IMG/VR virus record: IMGVR_UViG_3300028831_000215
Location: 1 to 40,789 of that record
Length of the DNA stretch: 40,789 nt
From: a virus
Strand: one strand, 5' to 3'
Part shown: positions 40,064 through 40,789 of the stretch, in pieces
Numbering within the stretch: the stretch's first letter is position 1
How the letters are laid out: every line of letters begins with the position of its first letter
The notes under the pieces: model-generated
The model's input: only the letters and a program-made list of their open reading frames with translations
Told to the model about the DNA's origin: nothing
Databases searched by the model: none
Program-made: the position numbers and the translations under genes

Positions 40064-40789
40064 TCACGTAAGGTGCTGAACCGCGAGATCGCGGCCCGTC
40101 GCGCCGTACGTGGTGTTCGAGTGCGCGGACTTAGCGCCCCAATTGCAGTAGGCGTAGACCTTGGTGATCAGGTCCTGCCGGTCCGTCTCGATCTTCGCGT
40201 CGTACTTCTTGCCCCAGACGATGGCCTTCTTCGCGGCCACCAGATTCCGGCGTCCCGAAGACGACAGCACGTTGCCGGTCAGGATGATGTCCCCGCCGTA
40301 GATCGTCGGGATCTTGCCGTTGACCGCAGCGCCCGGACCCGTTCCACGGACCGCAGCGTTCACGATGTCCGGGAAGGAGAGAATCGAGTCCAACTGCGCC
40401 AAGTCATAGATGCCGACGAAGGGGTCTCCATCGGTCATCTTGTCGCGGGCGTTGACCCGGAGACGCCGGAGCGCCAGGAGGAAGTTCGCCAGCGTGAAGT
40501 TGGTGCCCGAGGCCCCCACGTTGTCCGAGGCGTTGAACTCGGAATAGAGGTTCAGGATGTCGATTTCCAAGCCCTGGTAGACCGCTTCCGCCAAAACCGG
40601 GACATAGGCGTCCGCCAAGTTCGACACCGAGAAGTCCATCAGATCGGGCTCGATCGTGATGTTGACGGCCTTCAACGTCTGGGTCAGCGTGATCGCCAGA
40701 GAGGTGATCGACGCAGCCGTGTTGACCGATCCGCCAACGGACCAGGACTTGAGATCCGAGCCCGCCGCCCAGGTGCCGGGGGAGCCCGC
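40064..40789 (-). CDS. Major capsid protein, C-terminal part. It runs into the terminal repeat and continues at 1-327.
   Basis: ORF 40064..40675 stays open upstream to the window end and joins 1-327 in frame. The total is 303 aa. Confidence 0.75.
   Translation of the reverse strand, partial: AGSPGTWAAGSDLKSWSVGGSVNTAASITSLAITLTQTLKAVNITIEPDLMDFSVSNLADAYVPVLAEAVYQGLEIDILNLYSEFNASDNVGASGTNFTLANFLLALRRLRVNARDKMTDGDPFVGIYDLAQLDSILSFPDIVNAAVRGTGPGAAVNGKIPTIYGGDIILTGNVLSSSGRRNLVAAKKAIVWGKKYDAKIETDRQDLITKVYAYCNWGAKSAHSNTTYGATGRDLAVQHLT
40649..40789. repeat. Second copy of the 141-bp terminal direct repeat
   Basis: Identical to 1-141. Confidence 0.95.

Noticed and set aside
1-40789. tRNA genes, CRISPR arrays, diversity-generating retroelement repeats, integrase/attP
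   Set aside because: No GGTTCGA-type T-arm occurs in any intergenic region. There are no regularly spaced repeats and no reverse-transcriptase or recombinase-sized ORF. The only long internal repeats are the cassette islands and the 81-nt fragment, which do not show adenine-specific mismatches.

Overview
The window is a complete, GC-rich dsDNA tailed-phage genome of about 40.65 kb. Bases 1-141 are identical to 40649-40789, so the contig closes on itself (unique length 40,648 bp), and the major capsid gene runs across that junction.

Layout:
- Plus strand, about 9757-21719: an early, regulatory and replication arm. It holds ribbon-helix-helix (RHH)-type regulators, small membrane proteins and lipoproteins, a RecT-like annealing protein, a DUF5664-like dNTP pyrophosphohydrolase domain protein, a NinG/Rap-like nuclease, a Dam-type N6-adenine methyltransferase, a DnaD-like replisome organizer and a G39P-like helicase loader.
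- Minus strand, 9466 down to 1 and continuing 40648 down to 22274: one very long late arm. Gene order is small genes, TerS, TerL, portal, scaffold, capsid, tailspike, exported-protein island, adaptor/nozzle-like proteins, internal virion proteins, membrane protein, SLT (lytic transglycosylase) lysin, DEDD exonuclease.
- I saw no integrase, phage RNA or DNA polymerase, tRNA or CRISPR array.

All functional calls come from motifs read by eye. No homology search was possible.

Most notable observations:
1. A roughly 5-kb block inside the tail module encodes five proteins that all carry export signals. One of them is an antisense PEP-CTERM protein.
2. Two tandem paralogous gene cassettes (one carrying Dam) share six perfectly identical 17-35 bp DNA islands inside otherwise divergent sequence.
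3. Five late genes (TerL, capsid, lipoprotein, exonuclease, tailspike) have N-terminal sequence upstream of any ATG/GTG/TTG, and in the first four it carries a recognisable motif or conserved segment.
4. An 81-nt copy of the 3' end of a membrane-protein gene differs from it only at synonymous sites and sits in frame behind a TGA stop.
5. Stop-codon architecture is unusual: TAG-rich late genes, in-frame zero-gap TAG junctions, and CTAG shared by all three convergent gene pairs.
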